A DNA stretch of 32,000 nt from Desulfobulbus propionicus DSM 2032 (GTDB lineage Bacteria; Desulfobacterota; Desulfobulbia; Desulfobulbales; Desulfobulbaceae), in contig NC_014972.1 of the NCBI RefSeq assembly GCF_000186885.1, positions 1,440,001 to 1,472,000 on the forward strand, read 5' to 3'. Each line of letters begins with the position of its first letter. The first letter of the stretch is position 1. Both the position numbers and the translations under genes were made by a program. Under the pieces are notes generated by a model. The model was given only the letters and a program-made list of their open reading frames with translations. It did not search any database and was not told the origin of the DNA. Shown one piece after another: positions 15,433 through 24,137 of this stretch.

Positions 15433-16611
15433 TCAGACCGAACGAACGATGGTCAGCATCTCCCGCACCGCATTTTCCAGCCCGACCAGCACCGCGCGGC
15501 TGATCACCGCATGGCCGATGCTCAACTCCTCGATATAGGGCAGGGCGGCGATGGGGTGGGTGTTGCGGTAGTCGAGCCCATGACCGGCGTTGACCCGCAG
15601 ACCTGACTCATAAGCCAGTTCCGCGGTCTGCTCGATCAGCCGGAACTGCTGTTCCTGCTCTTCCATGGTCCGAGCCTCGCAGTAGCGGCCGGTGTGCAGT
15701 TCGACAAAGGTGGCGCCCACATCGAGCGCCGCCTGCACCTGGGCCGCATCCGCATCGACAAACAGCGACACCGGTATCCCCGCCTTGCGCATCTTGTCGA
15801 TGGTCTTGGTCAGTTTCTTGGCATTGGCCAGCACATCCAGACCACCTTCGGTGGTCAGCTCCTTGCGCTTCTCGGGCACCAGGGTAACCATGTCCGGCAC
15901 CACTTCCACGGCAATATCGACAATTTCAGGAACATTGGCCATCTCCAGATTGAGCTTGGTCTTGACCGTTTGGCGCAGCAACCGCACATCGCGGTCCTGA
16001 ATATGGCGCCGATCCTCGCGCAGGTGAACGACGATGCCGTCGGCCCCGGCCAGTTCGCAGAGCGAGGCGGCCAGCACCGGGTCGGGTTCCTGGCCGCCGC
16101 GCGCCTGGCGGATGGTGGCCACATGGTCAACATTGATGGCGAGAAAGGGCATGGCTGTACTCCTTGTAGTTTGAAGCTGCTGAAACAACTCTTGTTCGTA
16201 ATCCCACATGCGCACCGCTTCCTCTTCCGAGCGCTCGTGGTCGTAGCCGATCAGGTGTAGCATGCCGTGGATGATCAGCTGGGTCAGCCGGTGGTGCAGG
16301 CTGTGGCCTTGCTGGCCGGCCTCGCGGCGGGCGGTGTCCACCGAGATGAGGATGTCGCCCAGTTCGTTTTCCGGGGCGACGAATCCTTCCCCACCCTCGG
16401 CGGCGGGAAAGGAGAGCACGTTGGTGGGCCCATTTTTCCGGCGATACTGCTCGTTGTAGGCCGCCATTTCCGCATCGCCGAGAAAGACGACGCTGACGTC
16501 GGCCCCTTCCAGCTTGAGCAGGCGCGCAAGATGCTCGGAGCGCAGCTGCAGCAGACGGCGGTTGAGGGAATAATGGGCGATATCGTTGCTGAAACTGCAA
16601 TGAACGGCCAT
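15433..16611 (-). CDS. ybeY-pdxJ: in-frame fusion ORF: YbeY endoribonuclease domain (N-terminal ~150 aa) + pyridoxine 5'-phosphate synthase PdxJ (C-terminal ~239 aa)
   Basis: YbeY motif: [11 protein letters not shown]. PdxJ motifs: [58 protein letters not shown]. There is no stop codon between the two domains. An internal ATG at 16152 is preceded by AAGGAG. ATG 16611 is preferred over TTG 16617. Confidence 0.85.
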   Translation of the reverse strand: MAVHCSFSNDIAHYSLNRRLLQLRSEHLARLLKLEGADVSVVFLGDAEMAAYNEQYRRKNGPTNVLSFPAAEGGEGFVAPENELGDILISVDTARREAGQQGHSLHHRLTQLIIHGMLHLIGYDHERSEEEAVRMWDYEQELFQQLQTTRSTAMPFLAINVDHVATIRQARGGQEPDPVLAASLCELAGADGIVVHLREDRRHIQDRDVRLLRQTVKTKLNLEMANVPEIVDIAVEVVPDMVTLVPEKRKELTTEGGLDVLANAKKLTKTIDKMRKAGIPVSLFVDADAAQVQAALDVGATFVELHTGRYCEARTMEEQEQQFRLIEQTAELAYESGLRVNAGHGLDYRNTHPIAALPYIEELSIGHAVISRAVLVGLENAVREMLTIVRSV

Positions 16612-16613
16612 GG

Positions 16614-17621
16614 TCAACCCTCCTTTTCGGCGCGGGCACGCCGGGCCGCATCCTGCTGCTCGTAGGCTTGGATGATTTCCTGAACCAATGGATGGCGGAC
16701 CACGTCGGCCTTGGAGAAGTGGCGAAAGGCAATGCCCTTGATGCCGGTGAGGATCCGTTCGGCCTGAATCAGTCCGGATTTCTGCGTGCCTGGCAGGTCA
16801 ATCTGGGTGACGTCGCCGGTAATCACCGCTTGCGAGTCGAAGCCGATGCGGGTGAGGAACATCTTCATCTGCTCGCGGGTGGTGTTCTGGGCCTCATCGA
16901 GGATGATGAAGGCGTTGTTCAGTGTCCGGCCGCGCATGAAGGCCAGCGGCGCCACCTCGATCACTCCGCGCTCGGTCAGCTCCTGCGTGCGTTCCTGACC
17001 CATCATGTCGTTGATGGCGTCGGTCAGCGGCCGCAGATAGGGATCGACCTTCTGGGCCATGTCGCCGGGCAGGAAACCGAGTTTCTCGCCGGCTTCCACC
17101 GCCGGCCGGGTGAGGATGATCTTGGCCACCTGCTCCTTGGCCAGGGCAGAAACCGCCATGGCCACAGCCAGATAGGTCTTGCCTGTGCCCGCCGGGCCGA
17201 TGCCGAAGACAATGTCGTTTTCGCGGATCGCCTCGATGTAGAGTTTCTGGTTGACCGATTTGGGCGAGATCACCCGCTTGCGCGCGGTGATGCAGACCTT
17301 GTCGAGGAAGATTTCCTCCAGCCGGGCTTGAGGCGAGGATTCGAGGATCTTGACCCCAAAGGCGATATCCTGGCTGAAGACCGGATAGCCCTTGAGCAGC
17401 AGGCCATACATCTGCTGCAGGGTGGAGGCGGCCAGCTCGACCGCGTGCAGGCGGCCATTGATCCGCAGACCGTTGCCGCGGGCATTGATCGTCACCCCGG
17501 TGGCCTGCTCGATGGTGTGCAGGTTGCGGTTGAGCTCGCCGAACAACTGCTGGGCGAGCCTGTTGTCGGCAAAATCGATCTCCCGCGAGGTTTCGACGTT
17601 GAGGGCTGCCGAGGGCTTCAC
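16614..17621 (-). CDS. phoH: PhoH-like ATPase (PhoH/YbeZ)
   Basis: 335 aa. Walker A is [16 protein letters not shown] and Walker B is FIILDEAQN, collinear with the YbeZ family. The GTG start at 17621 has GGAGGAG 10 nt upstream. The canonical ybeZ-ybeY neighbourhood is present. Confidence 0.92.
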   Translation of the reverse strand: MKPSAALNVETSREIDFADNRLAQQLFGELNRNLHTIEQATGVTINARGNGLRINGRLHAVELAASTLQQMYGLLLKGYPVFSQDIAFGVKILESSPQARLEEIFLDKVCITARKRVISPKSVNQKLYIEAIRENDIVFGIGPAGTGKTYLAVAMAVSALAKEQVAKIILTRPAVEAGEKLGFLPGDMAQKVDPYLRPLTDAINDMMGQERTQELTERGVIEVAPLAFMRGRTLNNAFIILDEAQNTTREQMKMFLTRIGFDSQAVITGDVTQIDLPGTQKSGLIQAERILTGIKGIAFRHFSKADVVRHPLVQEIIQAYEQQDAARRARAEKEG

Positions 17622-17622
17622 C

Positions 17623-18486
17623 TTACTTGGCTCCTCCGCCGGTCACGGCCTCGTCGACCATCTTTTGCAGGGCGGGCAGGGAACGGTCGCGCGCCGGCCG
17701 GCCGTTGATGAATAGCGACGGAGTGGCCGAGATGTCGGCGAGTTGGGCATCGCTCTTATCCTTGGCCAGCTGCATCTGCACTTCCTGGCCCGCCACGTCG
17801 GCCTTGTAACGCACCATGTCCAGGCCGATGCGCTGGGCGGTTTCGTCAATGACCGTCGGCGTCCAGGTGGTGATCTGGAACAGGGCGTCGTGCATCTCCC
17901 AGAATTTACCCTGCTTCTGGGCGGCAATCGAGGCCAGGGAGGCGGCTTCGGCCTGCTGATGCATGGGCAGCGGCAGGTGTTTGAAGACGATACGCAATTT
18001 GTCCGGGTTTTTGGCCAGCAGTTCGGCCAGCACCGGTTCCAGCTTGCCGCACCAGGGGCACTCGAAGTCGGAGAACAGCACCAGGGTCACCGGTGCATCC
18101 TCCTTGCCGCGCACCGGCGCGCCGGTGATATCGATCTTCTGGTTGAAGCTGACGTCGATGGCGGTATAGGTCTTGGCCTTTTCGTTGGCAAGATAGAGCA
18201 TCTCGCCCCGGGCGGCGATATCGATGGCACTGACGCCCTGATCAACCGGCAGCACGCCCAACTGTTTGCCGTCCGGGGTGAAGATGTAGACCTTGGCATC
18301 GCTGCCGAGAATAAAAACCTTCTTGTTGTCCAGGCTTTGGGCGATGTCCACCGGTTTGGCCGGGATGGGCCAGGAGGCCTGTATCGACCAGTTGAGATTG
18401 CCGGCGGTATAGTTTTTTTTCGGTTCCTGGGCCTGGACGGTCAACGGCAGCAGCAGGGCGGCACAGAGGATGGTTTTTTTCAGCAT
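17623..18486 (-). CDS. periplasmic DsbA-family thiol:disulfide oxidoreductase with N-terminal extra domain
   Basis: Signal peptide MLKKTILCAALLLPLTVQA (ATG 18486). Thioredoxin-fold active site FSDFECPWCGKLEP. The DsbA-like helical insert is ...QKQGKFWEMHDALF. Confidence 0.85.
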   Translation of the reverse strand: MLKKTILCAALLLPLTVQAQEPKKNYTAGNLNWSIQASWPIPAKPVDIAQSLDNKKVFILGSDAKVYIFTPDGKQLGVLPVDQGVSAIDIAARGEMLYLANEKAKTYTAIDVSFNQKIDITGAPVRGKEDAPVTLVLFSDFECPWCGKLEPVLAELLAKNPDKLRIVFKHLPLPMHQQAEAASLASIAAQKQGKFWEMHDALFQITTWTPTVIDETAQRIGLDMVRYKADVAGQEVQMQLAKDKSDAQLADISATPSLFINGRPARDRSLPALQKMVDEAVTGGGAK

Positions 18487-18827
18487 GGGCGGGTTGGATC
18501 CTTTGGTGAAGGTGGGAGTGGAATTGTGCGCTTTGGGCGCGGAGCGGTCACCGGCGGCAATGGTTTTCTTGCGTTTAACTTCTTGAACTGACGCGATTAC
18601 GCCCCTTGCTAGCGAAAATTGTGTTGCACTATACCGACAGGTCGGCGAATGCGCAAGCGGCAAGAGGGGGAGAACCGCGGCGGCGCGGCCCTGGCCTTAT
18701 GTCTTGCCGACCGCCCGGCCGATCCGCCTGGTTTGGTGATGGCCACGTATTGTCCGTGGAGGTGAAAAGGGGGGCGCCTGGCACGGCGTTTTGGCTGAAC
18801 TTATTGAAAACAGGCAATTTTGCCGAA

Positions 18828-18875
18828 ACACTACATATTGCATTATTTATTATTGATGATCTCTATATGTTGTGA
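18828..18875 (+). promoter_or_regulatory. tandem NrdR boxes upstream of nrdJ
   Basis: Box 1 is ACACTACATATTGCAT (18828-18843) and box 2 is TCTCTATATGTTGTGA (18860-18875). Both approximate the 16-bp NrdR palindrome acaCwAtATaTwGtgt. Their starts are 32 bp apart (about three helical turns), as is typical for NrdR operators. Confidence 0.7.
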
Positions 18876-19030
18876 TAAGTTGCCGTCGGCGATGGCGAGC
18901 GACCGACGCGAAAACCCATGCGGCACGATGCTGGCCAAAAGGGTGGCGCGACAAGGGCTTGCCGCCAGGGGAGGGGGGAGCGACCGGCCGCCGCCGCGCC
19001 GTTGATCCGCCGCCAAGAGAAGACGATGAG

Positions 19031-21226
19031 ATGAATTCAGACCACGAGGCCACCATGACCAGAAGCATACCCAAACAGCAGTTGACCGATACCGCGGAAA
19101 CCGTCCTTGAGCGGCGGTACTACCTTAAGGATGCGGAGGGCAAGCCGCTTGAAAACTGGGAAACCCTGTGCCGTCGGGTGAGCAATGCCGTGGCCCAGGT
19201 CGACCTGGATCAGCCCGATTACGAGGGGCTGGCCGACCGCTTCTTCACCATGATCTACTATCTCGACTTCCTGCCCAACTCGCCCTGTCTGATGAACGCC
19301 GGCACCGACCTCGGCCAGCTGTCGGCCTGCTTCGTCCTGCCGGTGGAAGATTCGATGGACGGCATCTTTACCTCCATCCGCAATGGTGCCCTGGTGCACA
19401 AGACCGGCGGCGGTACCGGCTACTCCTTCTCCCGCCTGCGGCCGAAAAACTCGGCGGTGCAGTCGACCCAGGGCGTGGCCTCCGGCCCCTTGAGCTTTGC
19501 CGCCGTGTTCGATGCCGCCACCGAAACCATCAAGCAGGGCGGCAAGCGAAGAGGCGCCAACATGGGCGTGCTCCGGGTGGATCATCCGGACATCCTGGAG
19601 TTCATCGTCGCCAAGCAGGATCAGACCCGCTACACCAACTTCAACTTCAGCGTCGCCATCACCGACCTGTTCATGGAGGCGGTGAAAAACGATCAGGAAT
19701 ATGACCTGATCGACCCCTCCAACGGCGACATCATCCGAACCCTGCGCGCCCGCGAGGTGTTCGACAAGATCGTCGATCTGGCCTGGCACAACGGCGAGCC
19801 CGGAGTGCTGTTCATCGACGCCGCCAACCGCGACAACACCACCCCGCAGCTGGGCAAGTTCGAGGCCACCAACCCGTGCGGCGAACAGTGGCTGCTGCCC
19901 TATGAGTCCTGCAATCTCGGCTCGATCAACCTGGGCCAGTACGTCAAGAACGGCAAGGTCGATTGGGAGCGGCTGGGCGCCACCGCCCGGCTGGCGGTGC
20001 GTTTTCTCGACAACGTCATCGACTGCAACCGCTTTCCCATCCCCGAGATCGCCGAGATGACCCAGAAGACCCGCAAGGTGGGCCTGGGCATCATGGGCCT
20101 GCACGACATGCTCATCCAGCTGGAACTGCCCTACGGCAGCGAGGAGGGCCGCCAAGCCGCGGCCGAGGTCATGGCCTTTGTCCGCACCGAGGCCGAGGCC
20201 GCCTCCATCGAACTGGCCACGATGAAGGGTCCTTTTCCCGCCTATGACGAGCGGTTCAACACATATCCGGCCCGGCGCAACGCCGCCCTGACCTCGATCC
20301 AACCCACCGGTACGGTGTCGATGATCGCCGATTGCGCCTCGGGTTGTGAGCCCTACTTCTCCATCGTCATGATCAAGAACGTCATGGACAACGACCGGCT
20401 GTTGATGGTCAACAAGCTCTTTGAACGCATCGCCCGCGCCGAGGGGTTCTATTCGGCCGAGCTGATGGAAAAGGTGGCCAAGAGCGGCACGGTCATCGGT
20501 CACGCCGCCATCCCCAAACGCTGGCAGGAGATCTTCCGCACCGCCCAGGACATCAGCCCGGAGCAGCACATCCGCATGCAGGGCGTCCTGCAGAAAAACG
20601 GAGTCGACAGCTCGATCTCCAAGACCATCAACCTGCCGTCCTCGGCCACCCAGGACGATGTGCGCACTGCCTACATGCTCGGCTTCGAGCTCGGTTGCAA
20701 GGGCTTGACCGTCTACCGCGACGGCTCCCGCGACCATCAGGTACTCAACACCGTGGCCAGCAGCGCCGACAAGACCGCCGTGGCCGGCAGCGAGGGGCTG
20801 GTGCAGAAGGCCACCTTGCCCGATGTGCTCAGCGCCAAGCGCTATCGGCTCAAGGACATCAACCAGGAAACCATCTATCTGATTGTCTGTTTCGACGAGG
20901 ACGAAAAACCCATGGAGGTCTTTGCCAAGTTTCCCTTCGACAACCGGGTGGATTTGAAAGATAAATCCACCATGTGGACCACCACCTGCCGGCTGGTGTC
21001 GCTGGCGCTCCGGTATCAGATTCCCATGGATGAGATCATCAAGCAGCTGGATCGCTCCTCCGGCCACATGCTCGATCTGCCGGCCCAGTTGGGCAAGCTG
21101 TTGAAATCGTTCATGGCCGCCACCCAGCATGGATTCGCCTCGATCTGTCCGGAGTGTCAGGGAAAATTGGTGTTCGAGGAGGGGTGCGAGGTGTGCCGGG
21201 ATTGCGGGTATTCGAAGTGTTCGTGA
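19031..21226 (+). CDS. nrdJ: adenosylcobalamin-dependent ribonucleotide reductase, class II
   Basis: Conserved class II RNR blocks: LERRYYLKD, NSPCLMNAG, GGGTGYSFSRLRP, NPCGEQ, ISKTINLP and GCKGLTVYRDGSR, plus a C-terminal zinc ribbon CPECQGKLVFEEGCEVCRDCGYSKC. The start is ATG 19031 (MNSDHEA) or 19055 (MTRSIPK). The ORF extension back to 18872 is Arg/Pro-rich leader sequence and not coding-like. Confidence 0.93.
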   Translation: MNSDHEATMTRSIPKQQLTDTAETVLERRYYLKDAEGKPLENWETLCRRVSNAVAQVDLDQPDYEGLADRFFTMIYYLDFLPNSPCLMNAGTDLGQLSACFVLPVEDSMDGIFTSIRNGALVHKTGGGTGYSFSRLRPKNSAVQSTQGVASGPLSFAAVFDAATETIKQGGKRRGANMGVLRVDHPDILEFIVAKQDQTRYTNFNFSVAITDLFMEAVKNDQEYDLIDPSNGDIIRTLRAREVFDKIVDLAWHNGEPGVLFIDAANRDNTTPQLGKFEATNPCGEQWLLPYESCNLGSINLGQYVKNGKVDWERLGATARLAVRFLDNVIDCNRFPIPEIAEMTQKTRKVGLGIMGLHDMLIQLELPYGSEEGRQAAAEVMAFVRTEAEAASIELATMKGPFPAYDERFNTYPARRNAALTSIQPTGTVSMIADCASGCEPYFSIVMIKNVMDNDRLLMVNKLFERIARAEGFYSAELMEKVAKSGTVIGHAAIPKRWQEIFRTAQDISPEQHIRMQGVLQKNGVDSSISKTINLPSSATQDDVRTAYMLGFELGCKGLTVYRDGSRDHQVLNTVASSADKTAVAGSEGLVQKATLPDVLSAKRYRLKDINQETIYLIVCFDEDEKPMEVFAKFPFDNRVDLKDKSTMWTTTCRLVSLALRYQIPMDEIIKQLDRSSGHMLDLPAQLGKLLKSFMAATQHGFASICPECQGKLVFEEGCEVCRDCGYSKCS

Positions 21227-21442
21227 TGGGGGAGTCCGGCGAGACGTGCCGATTCGTGCATTGGCGACACAGCTAATCTTTGTCGTTTGACTTTGTCTTT
21301 TCATCGGGTCGGAAAAGTAAAGAGAGACAATGAGCGAATGATATTAAGCGGTTCGGTAAGGAGAGTGTGAGACGAGGAGCCGATATTTTTAACTCAAGAT
21401 CAGCCTATCAATACTGTTATATTCTAAATAAACATCAATGAC

Positions 21443-21676
21443 ATGAAGCTAAAAACTGGCGACGCTCTTCTAAAAGAAGCACAAAAACTTGGCGTTTCAA
21501 CATCAGAAATTGGTGGCCCGGAAAATTGGGCTGAACTGCAAACAAGGGTAATGGAAGCAAAAAGGTTTAAGAGAGAAAGCCTTGCTTGGGCCGTTGCTCT
21601 TGCTTCAGCCATTGCTTCAGCGTTTAGCGCTGCTGCTGCTTGGTATGCCATTGTCTCCAAAATTCAATGCCCTTAG
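21443..21676 (+). CDS. small hypothetical protein with C-terminal hydrophobic (Ala-rich) helix
   Basis: 77-aa ORF in a locally AT-rich patch. It has an amphipathic N-terminal half and a C-terminal LAWAVALASAIASAFSAAAAWYAIV segment. There is no obvious SD. Confidence 0.3.
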   Translation: MKLKTGDALLKEAQKLGVSTSEIGGPENWAELQTRVMEAKRFKRESLAWAVALASAIASAFSAAAAWYAIVSKIQCP

Positions 21677-21745
21677 CCGGGTAGGGTGGGCACGGCTGTA
21701 TCGTACCCACCAACGACTCGAATTCCTTCATGATTTTTTTTGATT

Positions 21746-21793
21746 GTTCCCCTGCTCCAGCGTGGGAACGCAGCCACACGCTCCCGCGTCGGA
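21746..21793. repeat. REP-like element remnant (GTTCCC...GGGAAC hairpin type)
   Basis: GTTCCCCTGCTCCAGCGTGGGAACGCAGCCACACGCTCCCGCGTCGG contains an imperfect hairpin GTTCCC/GGGAAC and ACGC-TCCC-GCGT. It resembles intergenic repeat families that yield spurious '...PRWSVGT...' ORFs in proteobacterial genomes (from memory). Confidence 0.35.
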
Positions 21794-21835
21794 ATTATGA
21801 GGACAACCACGTCGAGCTGGCATAACAGCCCCTGT

Positions 21836-21890
21836 TCGCGGGCATGGCCCGCTCCTACCATGGGGGCGTAGGAGCGGGCCATGCCCGCGA
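21836..21890. repeat. perfect 23-bp inverted repeat (REP-like palindromic element)
   Basis: TCGCGGGCATGGCCCGCTCCTAC (21836-21858), a 9-nt loop, then GTAGGAGCGGGCCATGCCCGCGA (21868-21890). The arms are exact reverse complements. The motif resembles GTAGGAGCGGGC...GCCCGCGA REP units of other Proteobacteria. Confidence 0.7.
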
Positions 21891-21941
21891 TTTGAATCTG
21901 AGTGCGCCGCCCTGTAAAATATTCCGCAACCCAATTCTGCT

Positions 21942-23558
21942 ATGCGCGAGGTAATGATGCGTCGAATTGTTTCCGTCGTGATCGGATTTCTGATCGGCTT
22001 GGACCTCCTGCCGTTTGCCGTTGCAACGGCCGAAACCTTAGCTGACATCGATCAGGAGATTCAGAGCAATCAGGCCATCAAGACCGATCGCGGCGGGCTG
22101 GATGCCTTCAATATTTACCAAGGCGTCACCAACGACCGCCTGGAGCGCAAAGTTGCCATTCTTGAGCAAGTTGCCATCCATCCCCGTTTTTATCAGACAG
22201 GGGACGGAACCAGAGACTACACCAATTTTTATTCGTTCACCAGCCGGGCGGGGTTCACCGACACCGAGCTGGCTATCGTCCAGACCGATGCGCCGCTGCG
22301 TCTCTATCGGCGGGGCGACAGCGGCTATAGGGAGGCCTCGGGTTACCTGGGCAGTTGGTGGAGCGATCAGTATCGCGGCGTGCCCTCTAGTCGGGACGAG
22401 TTGGCCATCTTGGCGGCCTGGGGCAGCGATTTGCAGCGTATTTACGTGATCGATATGCCGGCGGGCCACACCCTGATCGGCGGCACCGCCGCCCCGATGG
22501 AACGAAACGGGGAATATCGACCCGGCGGTGGTTCTCAGTTCTACTACCGGGGCGCACCCGTCGATTGGCTGGTCTACGCGCTCTTTGCCCCCGATTACCT
22601 AAAAAGCTATGCCGGCGCGGTGACCGGTGCGCAGAAATTGGGACACGGCATTGCCGTCGACTTGGGGGACCACCTCGATCAAACCCGTCATGCGGCGACC
22701 ATTGACCGTGCATCGAATGATGGCGGGGCAGGGGACCAGCGGGATGCCGTGTGGCTGCGAGGGTTTGGCGGCGATTTGGACTTCGATGAGGATGACGGCA
22801 ACGCGGTTGATGCCCAGAGCACGGGAATGAGCCTCGGCTGGCAGCGCAGGTTCGGCGGCACATCATCAAGCGATCGATCAAGGACGTACCTGGGCCTGCT
22901 GCTGTCCCAAGGGCGGCAAGAGCAGCAGTATCAGGCCAGCGGTGTCGAAAACACGGCCGAGACAACAATGGGCGGACTCTACGGGCTGTACCTGCACGAC
23001 CGATTGGCTCCCCGTTCCTGGTTTGGCAGCTTTTCCCTGCTGTACGGCGGGCTCGACCTGGACAATGCGGTTCCGGGCGAGCTGGGGCATGGGCTGGATC
23101 AGACCTATGACGGCAACCTCATGGTGCTGACCGTGGCCAACGGCCTGACCTTCCGCTGGCACGACGGCTGGTCGCTCACGCCGCAACTCCAGCTTTCCCA
23201 CGCCAAGGTGGATCAGGATGATTTCAACGATGACCTGGGCGCGCGCATCAGGCTGCGCCAGGGGGATTCCTTGGTGGGCCGCCTTGGCGTGGAAGTGGGC
23301 AAGACCCTGTGGCCCACCGGTTGGCTGCAGGCCCATTGCTGGACTAAGATTAGCTATCTCCGCGATTTTTCAGCGACCAACGAGGTTTGGGTGGCGGATG
23401 ACCTGGCCAGGAGCGCCGTGGATGAGGACGGATATCTGATGGCGGTGGGCGCCACAGTGCAGCTCGGCCAACGATGGAGCCTGCGTGGCCAGGTGGAAAC
23501 GTTTGCCGGCGGTGAGCAGGGGGTTCAGGGAAGTTTGGCTGTGCACTATGGGTGGTGA
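21942..23558 (+). CDS. autotransporter: signal peptide + ~235-aa passenger (possible TNT-like NAD+ glycohydrolase fold) + C-terminal outer-membrane beta-barrel
   Basis: Signal peptide: MMRRIVSVVIGFLIGLDLLPFAVATA. The C-terminal ~270 aa have an alternating beta-strand pattern (AVWLRGFGGDLDF..., MSLGWQRRF...) ending in ...SLAVHYGW (terminal aromatic). The passenger block is LRLYRRGDSGY...IYVIDMPAGHTLIGGTAAPMERNGEYRPGGGSQFYY. Confidence 0.8.
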   Translation: MREVMMRRIVSVVIGFLIGLDLLPFAVATAETLADIDQEIQSNQAIKTDRGGLDAFNIYQGVTNDRLERKVAILEQVAIHPRFYQTGDGTRDYTNFYSFTSRAGFTDTELAIVQTDAPLRLYRRGDSGYREASGYLGSWWSDQYRGVPSSRDELAILAAWGSDLQRIYVIDMPAGHTLIGGTAAPMERNGEYRPGGGSQFYYRGAPVDWLVYALFAPDYLKSYAGAVTGAQKLGHGIAVDLGDHLDQTRHAATIDRASNDGGAGDQRDAVWLRGFGGDLDFDEDDGNAVDAQSTGMSLGWQRRFGGTSSSDRSRTYLGLLLSQGRQEQQYQASGVENTAETTMGGLYGLYLHDRLAPRSWFGSFSLLYGGLDLDNAVPGELGHGLDQTYDGNLMVLTVANGLTFRWHDGWSLTPQLQLSHAKVDQDDFNDDLGARIRLRQGDSLVGRLGVEVGKTLWPTGWLQAHCWTKISYLRDFSATNEVWVADDLARSAVDEDGYLMAVGATVQLGQRWSLRGQVETFAGGEQGVQGSLAVHYGW

Positions 23559-24137
23559 TCTGCCAGGCCACGCGAGACAGAAAGGCATTACTGAAATTAC
23601 GGGGACAGTATATGTTTTTGACCGAGCAAGGGCAGGCGTCCAAGGCACTGGCTTGGCTTTGCGACAGCGCTTTCGCGCGCAAAAATGGGTGCTGTTTGGG
23701 CGAAGCGCCTGGAGCGCGACGGGGGTAGCTCATCCTCGCCGGTGCAAAAGGGGTGACGGCCCGTTTGACACCCCGGTTGCCATGCACAAAATTGGCAGTT
23801 CCAGGCTGCAAAATGAACTTCTCATCATGTTTGGCAAGGCAAAGTTTGACGCTCTGTCGTGCTGATTTTACTGGTTCCTGGGACGGGTTTTAAAAATACA
23901 TTTTATTTCAATACCTTATAAAGGTATATTGGCCATCGTCGCGGCCTGTTCGCGCCTGTCTCGAACACGTCATTTTTCGCTGGCTACGGAAAAAAAATTG
24001 TTCTGCATTTCCGGTAGGTTCCTTTGCCCTCTTGGACCCTGAAAAATGGTTTGTGTTGCAATATACGGAATTTCTGTTATTTTGCCTCATCTTGAGAGAA
24101 AAAAGCCTCCATGACTTCAACTTGAGAGAATACATTT

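Noticed and set aside
18779-18796. Sigma-54-like promoter element CTGGCACGGCGTTTTGGCT upstream of nrdJ.
   Set aside because: The GG-to-GC spacing is two nucleotides longer than the strictly conserved TGGCAC-N5-TTGC arrangement, so it does not fit a functional -24/-12 promoter.
18876-19030. Possible cobalamin riboswitch in the GC-rich nrdJ leader.
   Set aside because: I could find no B12-box-like core (..GCCACTG..) or other conserved cobalamin riboswitch segments. Repression of a B12-dependent enzyme by B12 would also be biologically unexpected.
18872-19030. N-terminal extension of the nrdJ ORF (MISCRRRWRATDAKTHAARCW...).
   Set aside because: The translation is Arg/Pro/Gly-rich and not protein-like, and the ORF-track start lies inside NrdR box 2. 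Conserved class II RNR sequence begins only after the ATGs at 19031/19055.
19037-21304. 755-aa ORF antisense to nrdJ. Similar long antisense ORFs include 16668..17708, 14320..15294, 8477..9337, 30059..31021 and 17743..18591.
   Set aside because: The translations are Gly/Arg/Asp/His/Leu-rich and low-complexity, as is typical of shadow ORFs opposite GC-rich genes. In each case the opposite strand encodes a protein with clear family motifs.
23350-23865. ORFs of 126 aa (+) and 153 aa (-) downstream of the autotransporter, considered as immunity or transposase remnants.
   Set aside because: The translations look non-coding (Arg/Pro/Ala/Gly-rich), and I recognise no motif. This is reported only as an unexplained non-coding stretch.
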